A DNA stretch of 58,603 nucleotides from contig DASYAP010000172.1 of NCBI GenBank assembly GCA_036501265.1, positions 1-58,603 of the forward strand, given 5' to 3'. The DNA is from Solirubrobacteraceae bacterium. Its GTDB lineage: Bacteria > Actinomycetota > Thermoleophilia > Solirubrobacterales > Solirubrobacteraceae. Below, one piece after another: positions 48,505-58,603 of the stretch. The notes beneath the pieces were generated by a model. That model made no database searches, was not told the origin of the DNA, and worked only from the letters and a program-made list of their open reading frames with translations. How positions within the stretch are numbered: position 1 is the first letter of the stretch; each line of letters begins with the position of its first letter. Both the position numbers and the translations under genes were made by a program.

Positions 48505-49755
48505 GTGCCGACGTACGCAGAGGTCGTCGAGGCGCTGAAGGAGGAGGTCGACAACGATGCAGCGACTTCTTCTCGCGACCTGCTCCTTTACGTACACATC
48601 CCGTTTTGCAGCAGTAAGTGCACCTTCTGCCACTGGGTGGCGGAGATCCCGGTTGCCCAACTCCGGAGTGGCGCGACGGTTCGAGCTGCATATGTCGAAG
48701 CCGTCTGCGAACAGATCCGCGCTTACGGCCCGGTACTAGACCAACTGGGTTATGTCCCGCGCCTCTTGTACTGGGGCGGTGGTACGCCTTCGATTCTCGA
48801 TCCCGACGAGATAACGCGAGTCGCCGACGCAACGGCAACCCACTGCAACCTCGAGCACGTGACGGAGATGAGTGTGGAGGCGAGCCCTGAGACCCTGACG
48901 TCGGCCAAGCTACGGGCCTTTCGGGACGCCGGCTTTCAGCGATTGAGCATCGGCGTTCAATCCTTCGATGATCGCGAGCTCCGAACGGCAGGACGCGCAC
49001 ACGACGCAGCGCAAGGGGAGTCCGCCTTCCGCCTCGCTCGCGAAGAAGGGTTCGCCAACATCAATCTCGACTTCATCGCCGGTTTTCCAGGGCAGACAGC
49101 GGAGATGCTGGGCGGATCGATCGAGAAGTGCTGCGAATTAGAGCCGGACCACGTCACCCTCTACGTCTACAACGACTACGGCCCCACTGTGATGGCGAAA
49201 CAGATGAAGTCGGGGAAGCGCCCGTCACCGACGCGGGCCGACAGGGGTCTCCTATTCCAGCAGGGCAAAGCGCTCCTGCTCGACGCCGGATACGTCGAGT
49301 ACATGCCGCTGTACTTCGCGCGGGCCGACTCGTTCAAGTTCGTTGGAGAGGAGTACTACTTCTCGTTGCAAGGGGACCACTTCGGCTTTGGCAGTGGGGC
49401 ACATTCCAGTCTGGCCCACCACCTGTTCGTCGATTACCGCGGAAACCTTAAGACTTACGTCGAGCATCCCGCCGATCTGGACTTCGGGCTTCGCTACGGT
49501 CCTGATAGCCAAACACTGAAGCTGATCCTGAAGCGTTTCTCGGGCCTAGACTGGATCGACTACGACCTCTTCCAGGATCGCTTTGGTTTCGCATTCACTG
49601 AAGTACGTGAGGACGAAGTGATCCGCAACTGGGAACAGTGGATGTTCAGGCGTGGTGCGGAGCTCGTCGAGACCTCTCGCGGCATCGCGGTTGTCTGGCC
49701 GGACGGCAGCCCCTCACAGATGTCGATCCGAGGCGCTACTGCAGGTTCACGCTAA
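48505..49755 (+). CDS. HemN-like class C radical SAM (TbtI-like methyltransferase) 2
   Basis: YVHIPFCSSKCTFCHW; full-length paralogue of 44690-45949. Confidence 0.85.
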   Translation: MPTYAEVVEALKEEVDNDAATSSRDLLLYVHIPFCSSKCTFCHWVAEIPVAQLRSGATVRAAYVEAVCEQIRAYGPVLDQLGYVPRLLYWGGGTPSILDPDEITRVADATATHCNLEHVTEMSVEASPETLTSAKLRAFRDAGFQRLSIGVQSFDDRELRTAGRAHDAAQGESAFRLAREEGFANINLDFIAGFPGQTAEMLGGSIEKCCELEPDHVTLYVYNDYGPTVMAKQMKSGKRPSPTRADRGLLFQQGKALLLDAGYVEYMPLYFARADSFKFVGEEYYFSLQGDHFGFGSGAHSSLAHHLFVDYRGNLKTYVEHPADLDFGLRYGPDSQTLKLILKRFSGLDWIDYDLFQDRFGFAFTEVREDEVIRNWEQWMFRRGAELVETSRGIAVVWPDGSPSQMSIRGATAGSR

Positions 49756-49874
49756 GCGCCTGCCCGAGTCAGGTCGCTTCACACATCGTTCGCAGCAGTC
49801 GGGATCTCGCGTGCGCGTCGATTGAAAGCATCGCGCTGGACGACGGGACTCCGAGAGGCCGGGAGGCTCTGCGG

Positions 49875-50237
49875 CTACCCGACAGCCACGCCTGCCGCGA
49901 TCAGGCCCGCCGCGGCCACTCCGGCGCTGACCACGGCGAGTGCCCCCGCCTGTGACACAGGCACACCGAGGCCGGTTCGCTCATCAAGACCAGCCATGCT
50001 GAACGTTGACGCCGCACGCAGGCCGAGGTCGACCGGCATGTCGCTTGCTTCGAGGAGAACGAGTCCAGCGATAACGGCAAGCAGCAGCCCGGAGAGGAAA
50101 AGGCCATCCGTCAGACGAAGGGCGCCGACGGCGTCCAAGATGCCGGCGACCAGCCATCCCAGCGCAGAGAAGGCGACCAGTTGAACGACCCACAACCTGG
50201 TGGCCGCAAGCCGTTTCCCCCCAGAGGCAGCCATCCG
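49875..50237 (-). CDS. Small membrane protein
   Basis: Three hydrophobic segments; start uncertain (ORF track extends to 50456). Confidence 0.4.
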   Translation of the reverse strand, partial: RMAASGGKRLAATRLWVVQLVAFSALGWLVAGILDAVGALRLTDGLFLSGLLLAVIAGLVLLEASDMPVDLGLRAASTFSMAGLDERTGLGVPVSQAGALAVVSAGVAAAGLIAAGVAVG

Positions 50238-50612
50238 TTTGAGCCTAACGCGACGGGAAGATGACCGCACTCGGACTTCGTCAGCACCTGGCTGTTCGGA
50301 GTGTCCTTCCTCGCTTCGACTTCGCGTGGGGTCACCAAGGCGAATTCGCCGATGCGGTCGAACCGACCTGGCCTGTGATCGAGCCGATCGAGTGCCACAG
50401 GAGAAGCCCGTCCGCTCGGTGAACGACCTCGCCAACGACTCGGCGTTCGGGTGCACCCGACCCGCTCTCTTGCCGCGGGCGGGATCACTCTCGTGACCGT
50501 CGAGTCCGAGTACATCCGCGCGAGCGGGTCAGGTAGCGGACCCAGCGGTATTTCAGGGTTCGGTCCTCAAGCGGCATGCATCCGTGGGCGCACTTGCGGG
50601 TAAGCGCGGCTT

Positions 50613-51455
50613 GTGGATCCGGTGCCGTTGGTTGCGCTGGAGCGGGAGTGGGAGGTGCTCGCGCGAGGTCGGCTGCGATTGGAGCTGCGCGCCTGGGCTG
50701 CATACGAAGCAGCGCTCGCCCGCTTCGAGGCTCCGGATTGGTTGATCGGGTTCTTGTGGGACAAGCATGCGGCGTCGGAAGAGAAGGACCGGGTGCTGCT
50801 CGCGCTGCTGCGTCGCGCTCGAACGGAGCAGCTGGCTTCTCGGCTGCTGTTGCAGGCGATGCTGCCGGGGCTGAAGACGCTGGCTGCGGCGATGTTGAAG
50901 CGAAACCCCGAGCACGGCGATCCGGCACTCGAGCGGGAGGAGCTGTGGCAGGTGCTGTTCGTGGAGATGCTGGAGCGGATCAAGACGTATCCGCTGGAAC
51001 GGCGGCCGGGGAGCGTCGCGGCGAATCTGGTCCTCGATGTGAAGCACGCGGTGCTCGCGGAGGCGCAGCGGGCGCGCGCTGCCGCGGGGGAGCTGCCGCT
51101 GGATGAGCCGCTCGAGCCGGACGAGCAGGCGCTTCACACGCGGCCGGGGGTGGACGTGGAGGAGCCGTTGCGGCGGGCGATGGCGGCGAAGGCGATCACT
51201 GCCGCCGACGCGGAACTGCTGCTGCTCGTCGACGTGGACGGGGTGGCGTTGCGGGAAGCGGCTGGGCGGGTGGGGTTGTCGTACAACCTGGCGCGGATCC
51301 GCGTGCAGCGGGCGCGGAAGCGGCTGTTGATGTTCCTGCGCCCATGGACGCAGGATCTTTACCTTCAGGTTGAGCCCAAACGGGCCTCAGATGGACCTTC
51401 CTCTGATGCGTATGCACCTGAGGAACTCGAAGACACCCAAGAACAGGCCGGCTGA
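50613..51455 (+). CDS. Sigma-70/ECF-like protein (copy B)
   Basis: Paralogue of 15939-16775. Confidence 0.75.
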   Translation: MDPVPLVALEREWEVLARGRLRLELRAWAAYEAALARFEAPDWLIGFLWDKHAASEEKDRVLLALLRRARTEQLASRLLLQAMLPGLKTLAAAMLKRNPEHGDPALEREELWQVLFVEMLERIKTYPLERRPGSVAANLVLDVKHAVLAEAQRARAAAGELPLDEPLEPDEQALHTRPGVDVEEPLRRAMAAKAITAADAELLLLVDVDGVALREAAGRVGLSYNLARIRVQRARKRLLMFLRPWTQDLYLQVEPKRASDGPSSDAYAPEELEDTQEQAG

Positions 51456-51539
51456 GACCAGCCCGGCCGCCGCCGCGCTCTCGACCGCCGAATGGCGGTC
51501 GCGGGCGCGGCTTGCCCTATTCCCGACCGAAGGAGGTCA

Positions 51540-52799
51540 CTGATCCGGAAGCATCACCATGCGCTCGCGGGGACGGCGCACCGCAATCTGCTTGGTCCCC
51601 GGCCATGGTGGGAGCGGCTCATCCTCTGGTTCGGCCACGCCGCCCTGTGGCCGACCCGCATCCATCCCGCCCAGCTTCTCCCCGTCCTTGTCCACGACCT
51701 CGAGCTTGCCGGCATCGCCGCGGCCAGCGTTACCGCGACTGTCGTCGCGATTGTCGCCTTGCGCCGGGTTGCTGTGTCGCCTCCAGTTCTGCCGACGAGC
51801 GCAGCCGGACGGCGACGGTTTGAGCTGTCGCTGCCGGACTCGTTCGTCCGCGATGGGCTGACCGGCTTCTTCCGCACCGTCTCCCTACTGCTCCGCCCGG
51901 TGTTACTCGGCGGGCAGCCGTCGGTGTCGTTCGCGTTCATCGCGACCGGGGAGCGGCTGACCATCACGCTCGAGTGCGGCGCCGGGATCGCGCCCTCGAT
52001 CGTCGCAACGCTGGAAGCCGCCGTCGACGGCATCTCGATCGACGAGATTCCTGCCGTCGACGAGACCAGTGAGCGTCGGTGGGCGCGCTGCACGCTGCGG
52101 CCGCCCGGATCACAGTGGCTACCGCTGGAGTCGAAGCACAAGGTGGACCCGGCCCGGTTTGTGCTGGCGGCGCTGCAGTGCGAGAGCGACAGCGAGCTGG
52201 CGTGCGTGCAGGCGGTGTTCTCGCCGCTCTCGCCTCGCGAGCGGCGGCGTGGGCGGCGTGAGCCGCGGCGGTTGCGGACCAGCCGGCGCGGAGGCATGCT
52301 CGCCGGGACCGGCAGGTTCGGGCTCGAGGTGGTCCGTGACGGCGCCGAGATCTTCCTACCTGGCGGCTCGTCGTCGAGTACGCAGACAGTGCGGCCGGCG
52401 TACACGCCCGACCACTGGACGCTTAAGCAGGCGGGGGCGATCGAGGAGAAGACCGCCGAGCCGCTGCTGGGGGCGACGATCCGGCTCGCTGTCGCCGGCG
52501 GACCGCGGAGGTCGAAGCGGTGGCGGCTGCACGCGCTCGCAGCCAGCTTCGGACAGTTCCACGCGCTCGGCGGACTGCGTGCTGGCCGCGAGCTATTCGG
52601 TCGGCGCCGGTTCGAGCGGCGGCAGCCCGCGCTGCGTCCACCACTCGCGGTAACCGCCGCCGAAGCAGCAGCACTGCTACCGCTCCCGACCAACCTGGCG
52701 GAGACGCGCCTGGCGATCGGAGAGGCACCGGCACGGCGGCTCCGACCGGCGGCCGACGCTCCCCACAGCGGGATCCGCCTTGGGAGGGCGGAGCGGTGA
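51540..52799 (+). CDS. Membrane-anchored protein (copy B)
   Basis: Paralogue of 16866-18134; start CTG 51540 after aggagg, or ATG 51492. Confidence 0.75.
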   Translation: MIRKHHHALAGTAHRNLLGPRPWWERLILWFGHAALWPTRIHPAQLLPVLVHDLELAGIAAASVTATVVAIVALRRVAVSPPVLPTSAAGRRRFELSLPDSFVRDGLTGFFRTVSLLLRPVLLGGQPSVSFAFIATGERLTITLECGAGIAPSIVATLEAAVDGISIDEIPAVDETSERRWARCTLRPPGSQWLPLESKHKVDPARFVLAALQCESDSELACVQAVFSPLSPRERRRGRREPRRLRTSRRGGMLAGTGRFGLEVVRDGAEIFLPGGSSSSTQTVRPAYTPDHWTLKQAGAIEEKTAEPLLGATIRLAVAGGPRRSKRWRLHALAASFGQFHALGGLRAGRELFGRRRFERRQPALRPPLAVTAAEAAALLPLPTNLAETRLAIGEAPARRLRPAADAPHSGIRLGRAER

Positions 52800-54283
52800 G
52801 CGGGCGCCAGGAGCTGTACCTCGACATCGAGGCGCTGACCCAGCACGCGCACGTGCTCGGCCCGACCGGGCGCGGCAAGACGACCCTGCTCTGCACTCTC
52901 TACCTGGAAGCCGCACGCCTTGGTCTCGGCGCGATGTACGCGGAGCCGAAGGGAGACGCGATCGACGACCTCTGCCGCCGCATTCCGAAGGAGCGGCTTG
53001 CCGATGTGGTGCTGCTCGACTTCGGCAACGAGCACCACCCGCCCGCGCTCAACCTCCTCGCCTGCCTGCCCGGCGAGGAAGACATCCACGCAGAAGCGCT
53101 GGTCGCGATCTTCCGTCGCCTGTTCGGACGCTACTGGGGGCCCCGCTCGGAGGACATCCTCCGCTCCGCCCTCACCACCCTGCTCCTCAACCGCAGAGCC
53201 GACCGGCCGGCGCCCACGCTCGCCGACGTCCTCAACCTGCTCACCGACCCCGCAGAGAAGGCGCGCCACCCGATCAGCGACCCGATCGCCCTCGCGCAGT
53301 TCTGGCGGCAGTGGCGGGCGCTCTCGGTTGGGCAGCGGGAGGCGGCGCTGGCGCCGGTCGCGAACAAGCTGCGCTCCTTCCTCGGCCGCCGCTCTCTCCG
53401 CAACATCGTCTGCCAGGAGCAGGCGCCCGACTTCGAGCAGCTCATCCGGGAGCGCAAGCTCGTCCTCGTCTCCCTCCCCAGCCGAACCCTTGGCGATGCG
53501 GCTGACCTCGTCGGCTCGGTCCTCGTCTACCGGCTCTGGCAGGCGGCGCAACGGCTCGGCCCCGACCCCAAGCGACCTCCCTATCTCTGCCTGGTCGACG
53601 AGGCACACCGCTTCTGCCGCCTCCCCGGCGGGCTCGCACAGGCACTCGCAGAAGCAAGGGGATACCGGCTCGGCTTCATCCTCGCCCACCAGCACCTCGC
53701 CCAGCTCACCGACCCCGAGATCGCCGAAGCCGTGCACGCCAACACGCAGACCAAGCTCTGCTTCTCGCTACCGCCGATGGACGCACACCGGATGGCAGCG
53801 CACTTCGCGCCCCGCCTCGACGAGGACAACCTGACCCGCCTCGGCCGATACCGGATCGCTTGCCGCATCTCACATGACGGCCGCCAACTCCCCACCGCCA
53901 CCGCCACCACCCAGCCGCTGCCAGCGGCACTGCGCGACAGCGGCGAAGTCGGAATCGCTCCGGACGCGCCCACGCGGGCAGAGGTGGAGGCGGCGATCCT
54001 CGCCCGCTACACACGCCACCGCGAGCCGCCCGCCAGCGGCAGTGGCGCTCCCGACTCACAGCCACCCGACGACGACGAGCCGGACAGCGGTGTCCCGTCC
54101 CGAGCACCGCGCGGTCCTCGTCCAGGCCCTCGTGTCGGCCCTCGCTTCCAGCGAGGACCCGAATCAGGCGCATCCGCGCATCAGGGCGGCGAATCCGGCG
54201 GCGAGGCGTTCTCCGACGAAGACAGGTCAAACGTCCTCTCTCCTCCTGATCGGTGCGGGGGCGGCGATGCGGCCGCTACCTAA
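52796..54283 (+). CDS. VirD4/TraD/TraG-like coupling ATPase (copy B)
   Basis: GPTGRGKTT; LVDEAH. Confidence 0.85.
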   Translation: MSGRQELYLDIEALTQHAHVLGPTGRGKTTLLCTLYLEAARLGLGAMYAEPKGDAIDDLCRRIPKERLADVVLLDFGNEHHPPALNLLACLPGEEDIHAEALVAIFRRLFGRYWGPRSEDILRSALTTLLLNRRADRPAPTLADVLNLLTDPAEKARHPISDPIALAQFWRQWRALSVGQREAALAPVANKLRSFLGRRSLRNIVCQEQAPDFEQLIRERKLVLVSLPSRTLGDAADLVGSVLVYRLWQAAQRLGPDPKRPPYLCLVDEAHRFCRLPGGLAQALAEARGYRLGFILAHQHLAQLTDPEIAEAVHANTQTKLCFSLPPMDAHRMAAHFAPRLDEDNLTRLGRYRIACRISHDGRQLPTATATTQPLPAALRDSGEVGIAPDAPTRAEVEAAILARYTRHREPPASGSGAPDSQPPDDDEPDSGVPSRAPRGPRPGPRVGPRFQRGPESGASAHQGGESGGEAFSDEDRSNVLSPPDRCGGGDAAAT

Positions 54284-55076
54284 CGTGACTCTCACCGACC
54301 GAGACCTGGCCATCCTCGACCGGCTGGCCGAGCACGAGCCGCTCACCACCAGCGAGCTGCGGCTGCTCTTCTTCGATGGTCTGCGCACCTGCCAGTCCCG
54401 GCTCAAGCTGCTCGACGACGCCCGGCTTCTCTGCCGCGTCTATCCCGCCCGCTCCAGCCGCGGCGGCAAGAGCGAACCGCTCTGGTTCCTCACACCGCAC
54501 GGGCGACGGATGATCGGTGCGTCGTCGCGCCGGCCGCCCGGCCTGTCGATCCCCGACCTCGAACACCGACGTGCGGTCGCCCGCTTCTTCCTCGGCCTCG
54601 TCGAGCGCAGCCTCGACCGCAAAGGCGAAGGCCTGTACTCCTGGTGGGGGGAGACACGTGCCGCCGCCGGTGTCGGCGGTGGGCCGCTGCGTCCGGACGG
54701 GTACGGCCGCTACCTGCTCCCGGACGGCGAGCTGACCTTCTACCTCGAACTCGACCGCGGCACCGAACCCGCCCGCCGCGTCGCCGCCAAACTCGCCGCC
54801 TACCAACACGGGCTCGCCAACGATCCGGAACGCGAGTACGCGAACGTGCTCCTGGACTGCCACTCGAAGCGGCGGCTCGCGAACCTCGCTAGATACGCAC
54901 CGGAGGGTCCGCCGTGGACGTGGGGGACTGTCGACGGCGAGAACTACGAGCTACTCCCGGACCGCAAGCAGGAGCGGCCATTCGACTCGCTTCCGCGGCG
55001 CGCCCGCGACCCGAGCCGACGCATCGACGACTGCCTCGGCCGCCAATGGCGGCACGCGTCGAGGAGGGCGGCCTGA
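54267..55076 (+). CDS. Replic_Relax family protein (copy B)
   Basis: LTDRDLAIL; LRPDGY; LELDRGTE. Confidence 0.85.
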   Translation: MRPLPNVTLTDRDLAILDRLAEHEPLTTSELRLLFFDGLRTCQSRLKLLDDARLLCRVYPARSSRGGKSEPLWFLTPHGRRMIGASSRRPPGLSIPDLEHRRAVARFFLGLVERSLDRKGEGLYSWWGETRAAAGVGGGPLRPDGYGRYLLPDGELTFYLELDRGTEPARRVAAKLAAYQHGLANDPEREYANVLLDCHSKRRLANLARYAPEGPPWTWGTVDGENYELLPDRKQERPFDSLPRRARDPSRRIDDCLGRQWRHASRRAA

Positions 55077-55445
55077 GCGGCCGGCCGCGGCGGCACCTGC
55101 GCGCCGTGCAGCCGTCCGGCCCGTCGGACGAAGCCAAGGCGCACGACCCGGCAACGAGGCGCAGCCGGCGCACGAGCACCCCGACCTCGGCGGCACGTCG
55201 CGCCGCGGCTTCCTCCAACGAATCACCCGTACCTGGCGCGCGTGCGACATCGACGGCCCCAGAACGGCTACCAGCCGCCCACAGGGGCCTCCGTGGAGAA
55301 GCGGGCCCTCCCCGGCTGAAGGCGGTGGATACGGAGCCGTCGCGGCCCGCGGGCGGCCCACGGCGGTCAGATCAGCCTGCCGCGGGCCGGGAGGCGCGCC
55401 GCTCTGGTAGAGCTGGGACCGGCCACAAAGAGCTATCACTGGAGC

Positions 55446-57061
<1,616 letters not shown>

Positions 57062-57115
57062 GGGGACGGCGCATTGTAGCCGCGGCCCGTCCCACCCGTC
57101 CGCGACACTGCTGCG

Positions 57116-58267
57116 GTGAAGCCGAACGTCGTCGACTGGGTCGCGCTCGTGCTCGTGGCTCTTACGGCGCTCGGCGGGATGCGACGCGGGCTCGTCGTCA
57201 CGGCCCTGTCGCTCGGCGGCCTGGTCGCAGGCGGATACGCGGGATCGCGGATCGCTCCGCACGTGTTGAGCGGCGGGTCGGGCTCGGCGTGGACGCCGCT
57301 GGCGGGCCTCGTCGGCGCCGTGCTCGGAGCGGTCCTCCTCCAGACCGTCGCCGGAATTGCGGGCTCGCTCGTCCGGGGCGGCCTGCGGCTGTCGCCGCTG
57401 CGGCTCGTCGACTCCTTCGGCGGTCTCGCGCTCGGCGCGGCGAGTGGCATCGTGTTCGTCTGGGTGCTGAGCGCGACGCTGCTCCTCGTCCCGGGGCAAT
57501 CGAACCTCCGGCGAGACGTGCAGCAGTCGGCGATCGTCGGCCGCCTCGACCGGGCGGTGCCGCCGCGGCGACTCCTCAAGCTGCTCGCGCGCATCGACCC
57601 GTTCCCGTCCATCACCGGGCCGACGCCCCCGAGTCAGCCGCCGAGCGGCCGGATCGCCGGCAACGCCGCCGTTCGTCACGCGTCGCAGGACGTCGTCCGC
57701 GTCCTCGGCACCGCGTGCGGCGTCGGGATCGAGGGAACGGGATGGTTCGCGACCTCCGACCTCGTCGTCACCGCCGCGCACGTCGTCGCCGGCGAGCACG
57801 ACACGGGCATCCAGATTCCTGGCCTCTCCGGCATCGAGGGAGTCGACGTCGTCGCGTTCGACGCACACAACGACGTCGCCGTATTGCGGACGCACGCGTT
57901 CCACGCAGGCTTCGCGCTCCCGCTTGTCGAGCCGGAGCCGGGCGCCGACACCGCGATCGTCGGCTATCCCGAGGACGGGCCGCTGCAGAGCACGCCGAGC
58001 CGCATCGGCCGCACTGCCGTCGCGCTGACGCAGAACGCGTACGGCAGCGGCCCCGTCTCGCGGACGATCACCGCTGTCGCAGGGGACATCCGCCACGGCG
58101 ACTCGGGCGCGCCCGCGATCGACGCGAGCGGCGCGGTGCAGTCGACGATCTTCGCGGCGCGCCTGGGCGCGCCCGGAGGCTACGGCGTGCCGGCCTCGGT
58201 CGTCCGCCGCGCGCTCGACTCCGCCGGGACGACGTCGGTATCGACAGGCGCCTGCGCCTCCGGCTGA
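57116..58267 (+). CDS. MarP-family membrane serine protease (CvpA-like TM plus trypsin domain), host flank
   Basis: VDWVAL...GMRRG; VVTAAHVV; DVAVL; GDSGAP. Confidence 0.88.
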   Translation: MKPNVVDWVALVLVALTALGGMRRGLVVTALSLGGLVAGGYAGSRIAPHVLSGGSGSAWTPLAGLVGAVLGAVLLQTVAGIAGSLVRGGLRLSPLRLVDSFGGLALGAASGIVFVWVLSATLLLVPGQSNLRRDVQQSAIVGRLDRAVPPRRLLKLLARIDPFPSITGPTPPSQPPSGRIAGNAAVRHASQDVVRVLGTACGVGIEGTGWFATSDLVVTAAHVVAGEHDTGIQIPGLSGIEGVDVVAFDAHNDVAVLRTHAFHAGFALPLVEPEPGADTAIVGYPEDGPLQSTPSRIGRTAVALTQNAYGSGPVSRTITAVAGDIRHGDSGAPAIDASGAVQSTIFAARLGAPGGYGVPASVVRRALDSAGTTSVSTGACASG

Positions 58268-58603
58268 AGCTCCGGCAGGAAGTCGACGACGTTCATCGGC
58301 ACTCGGAACGGTGCCATCACGTAGACGCCGTCCGCGACGCCGCGCGCGCCCGCGATGAGCTCGAGCCCGAGCTCGCCGCCGACCTCGCGCGCGTTCTTCC
58401 CCGCCCGCCTGTAGCGCTCCTGCACGTGCTCGGGGACGACCATGCCCGGGGTCTCGTTGTGCACGCGGACGAGCGTCTCGATCGTGCGGATCGGCCAGAC
58501 GCCGACGAGGATCGGGATCGGCCAGCCGCCGATGCGGTCGCGGAACGCGGCGAGCGGCTCGAGGTCGAAGAGGATCTGCGTCATCGCGAAGCGCGCACCG
58601 GCC
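58180..58603 (-). CDS. C-terminus of a methylenetetrahydrofolate reductase (probably the bifunctional homocysteine methyltransferase/MTHFR), host flank
   Basis: AGARFAMTQILFD; PILVGVWP; HNETPG.VVP; GVYVMAPF. Confidence 0.8.
   Translation of the reverse strand, partial: AGARFAMTQILFDLEPLAAFRDRIGGWPIPILVGVWPIRTIETLVRVHNETPGMVVPEHVQERYRRAGKNAREVGGELGLELIAGARGVADGVYVMAPFRVPMNVVDFLPELQPEAQAPVDTDVVPAESSARRTTEAGTP

Noticed and set aside
44690-49755. HemN coproporphyrinogen oxidases for haem synthesis
   Set aside because: RiPP context, duplication and the CxxxCxFCHW/YWGGGT variant favour tailoring enzymes.
50447-50460. 14-bp palindrome tcgggtgcacccga as oriT
   Set aside because: Not found at the equivalent position of element A.

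Overview
High-GC actinobacterial DNA; a Thermoleophilia-like host is inferred, not shown. Almost the whole window (~384-57000) is a composite genomic island of three elements stacked at the 3' end of a tRNA-Asp(GTC) gene (56988-57061, minus strand). Elements A (384-22350) and B (38419-57000) share a diverged ~6.5 kb core: sigma-like factor, membrane protein, VirD4/TraD-like ATPase, Replic_Relax protein, small ORF and large serine recombinase (LSR). Element C (22338-38431) carries a tyrosine integrase. In A and B the att site lies inside the LSR gene. The integrated LSR ends in a tail read from the tRNA antisense strand, whereas the excised circle would restore a different tail that is conserved between the two elements. 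A carries secreted proteins, a sulfotransferase-SCP2, a graspetide locus inside an IS3 shell, and an HTH-TPR receptor with an unannotated 28-aa secreted peptide. C carries a two-component system, the His-Xaa-Ser rSAM RiPP operon, DarTG and a candidate defence cluster. B carries a YcaO/SagB azole RiPP cluster with two class C rSAMs, a sulfotransferase and a CAAX-protease-ABC fusion. Host genes flank both ends. All family calls come from motif recognition by eye, not from database searches.
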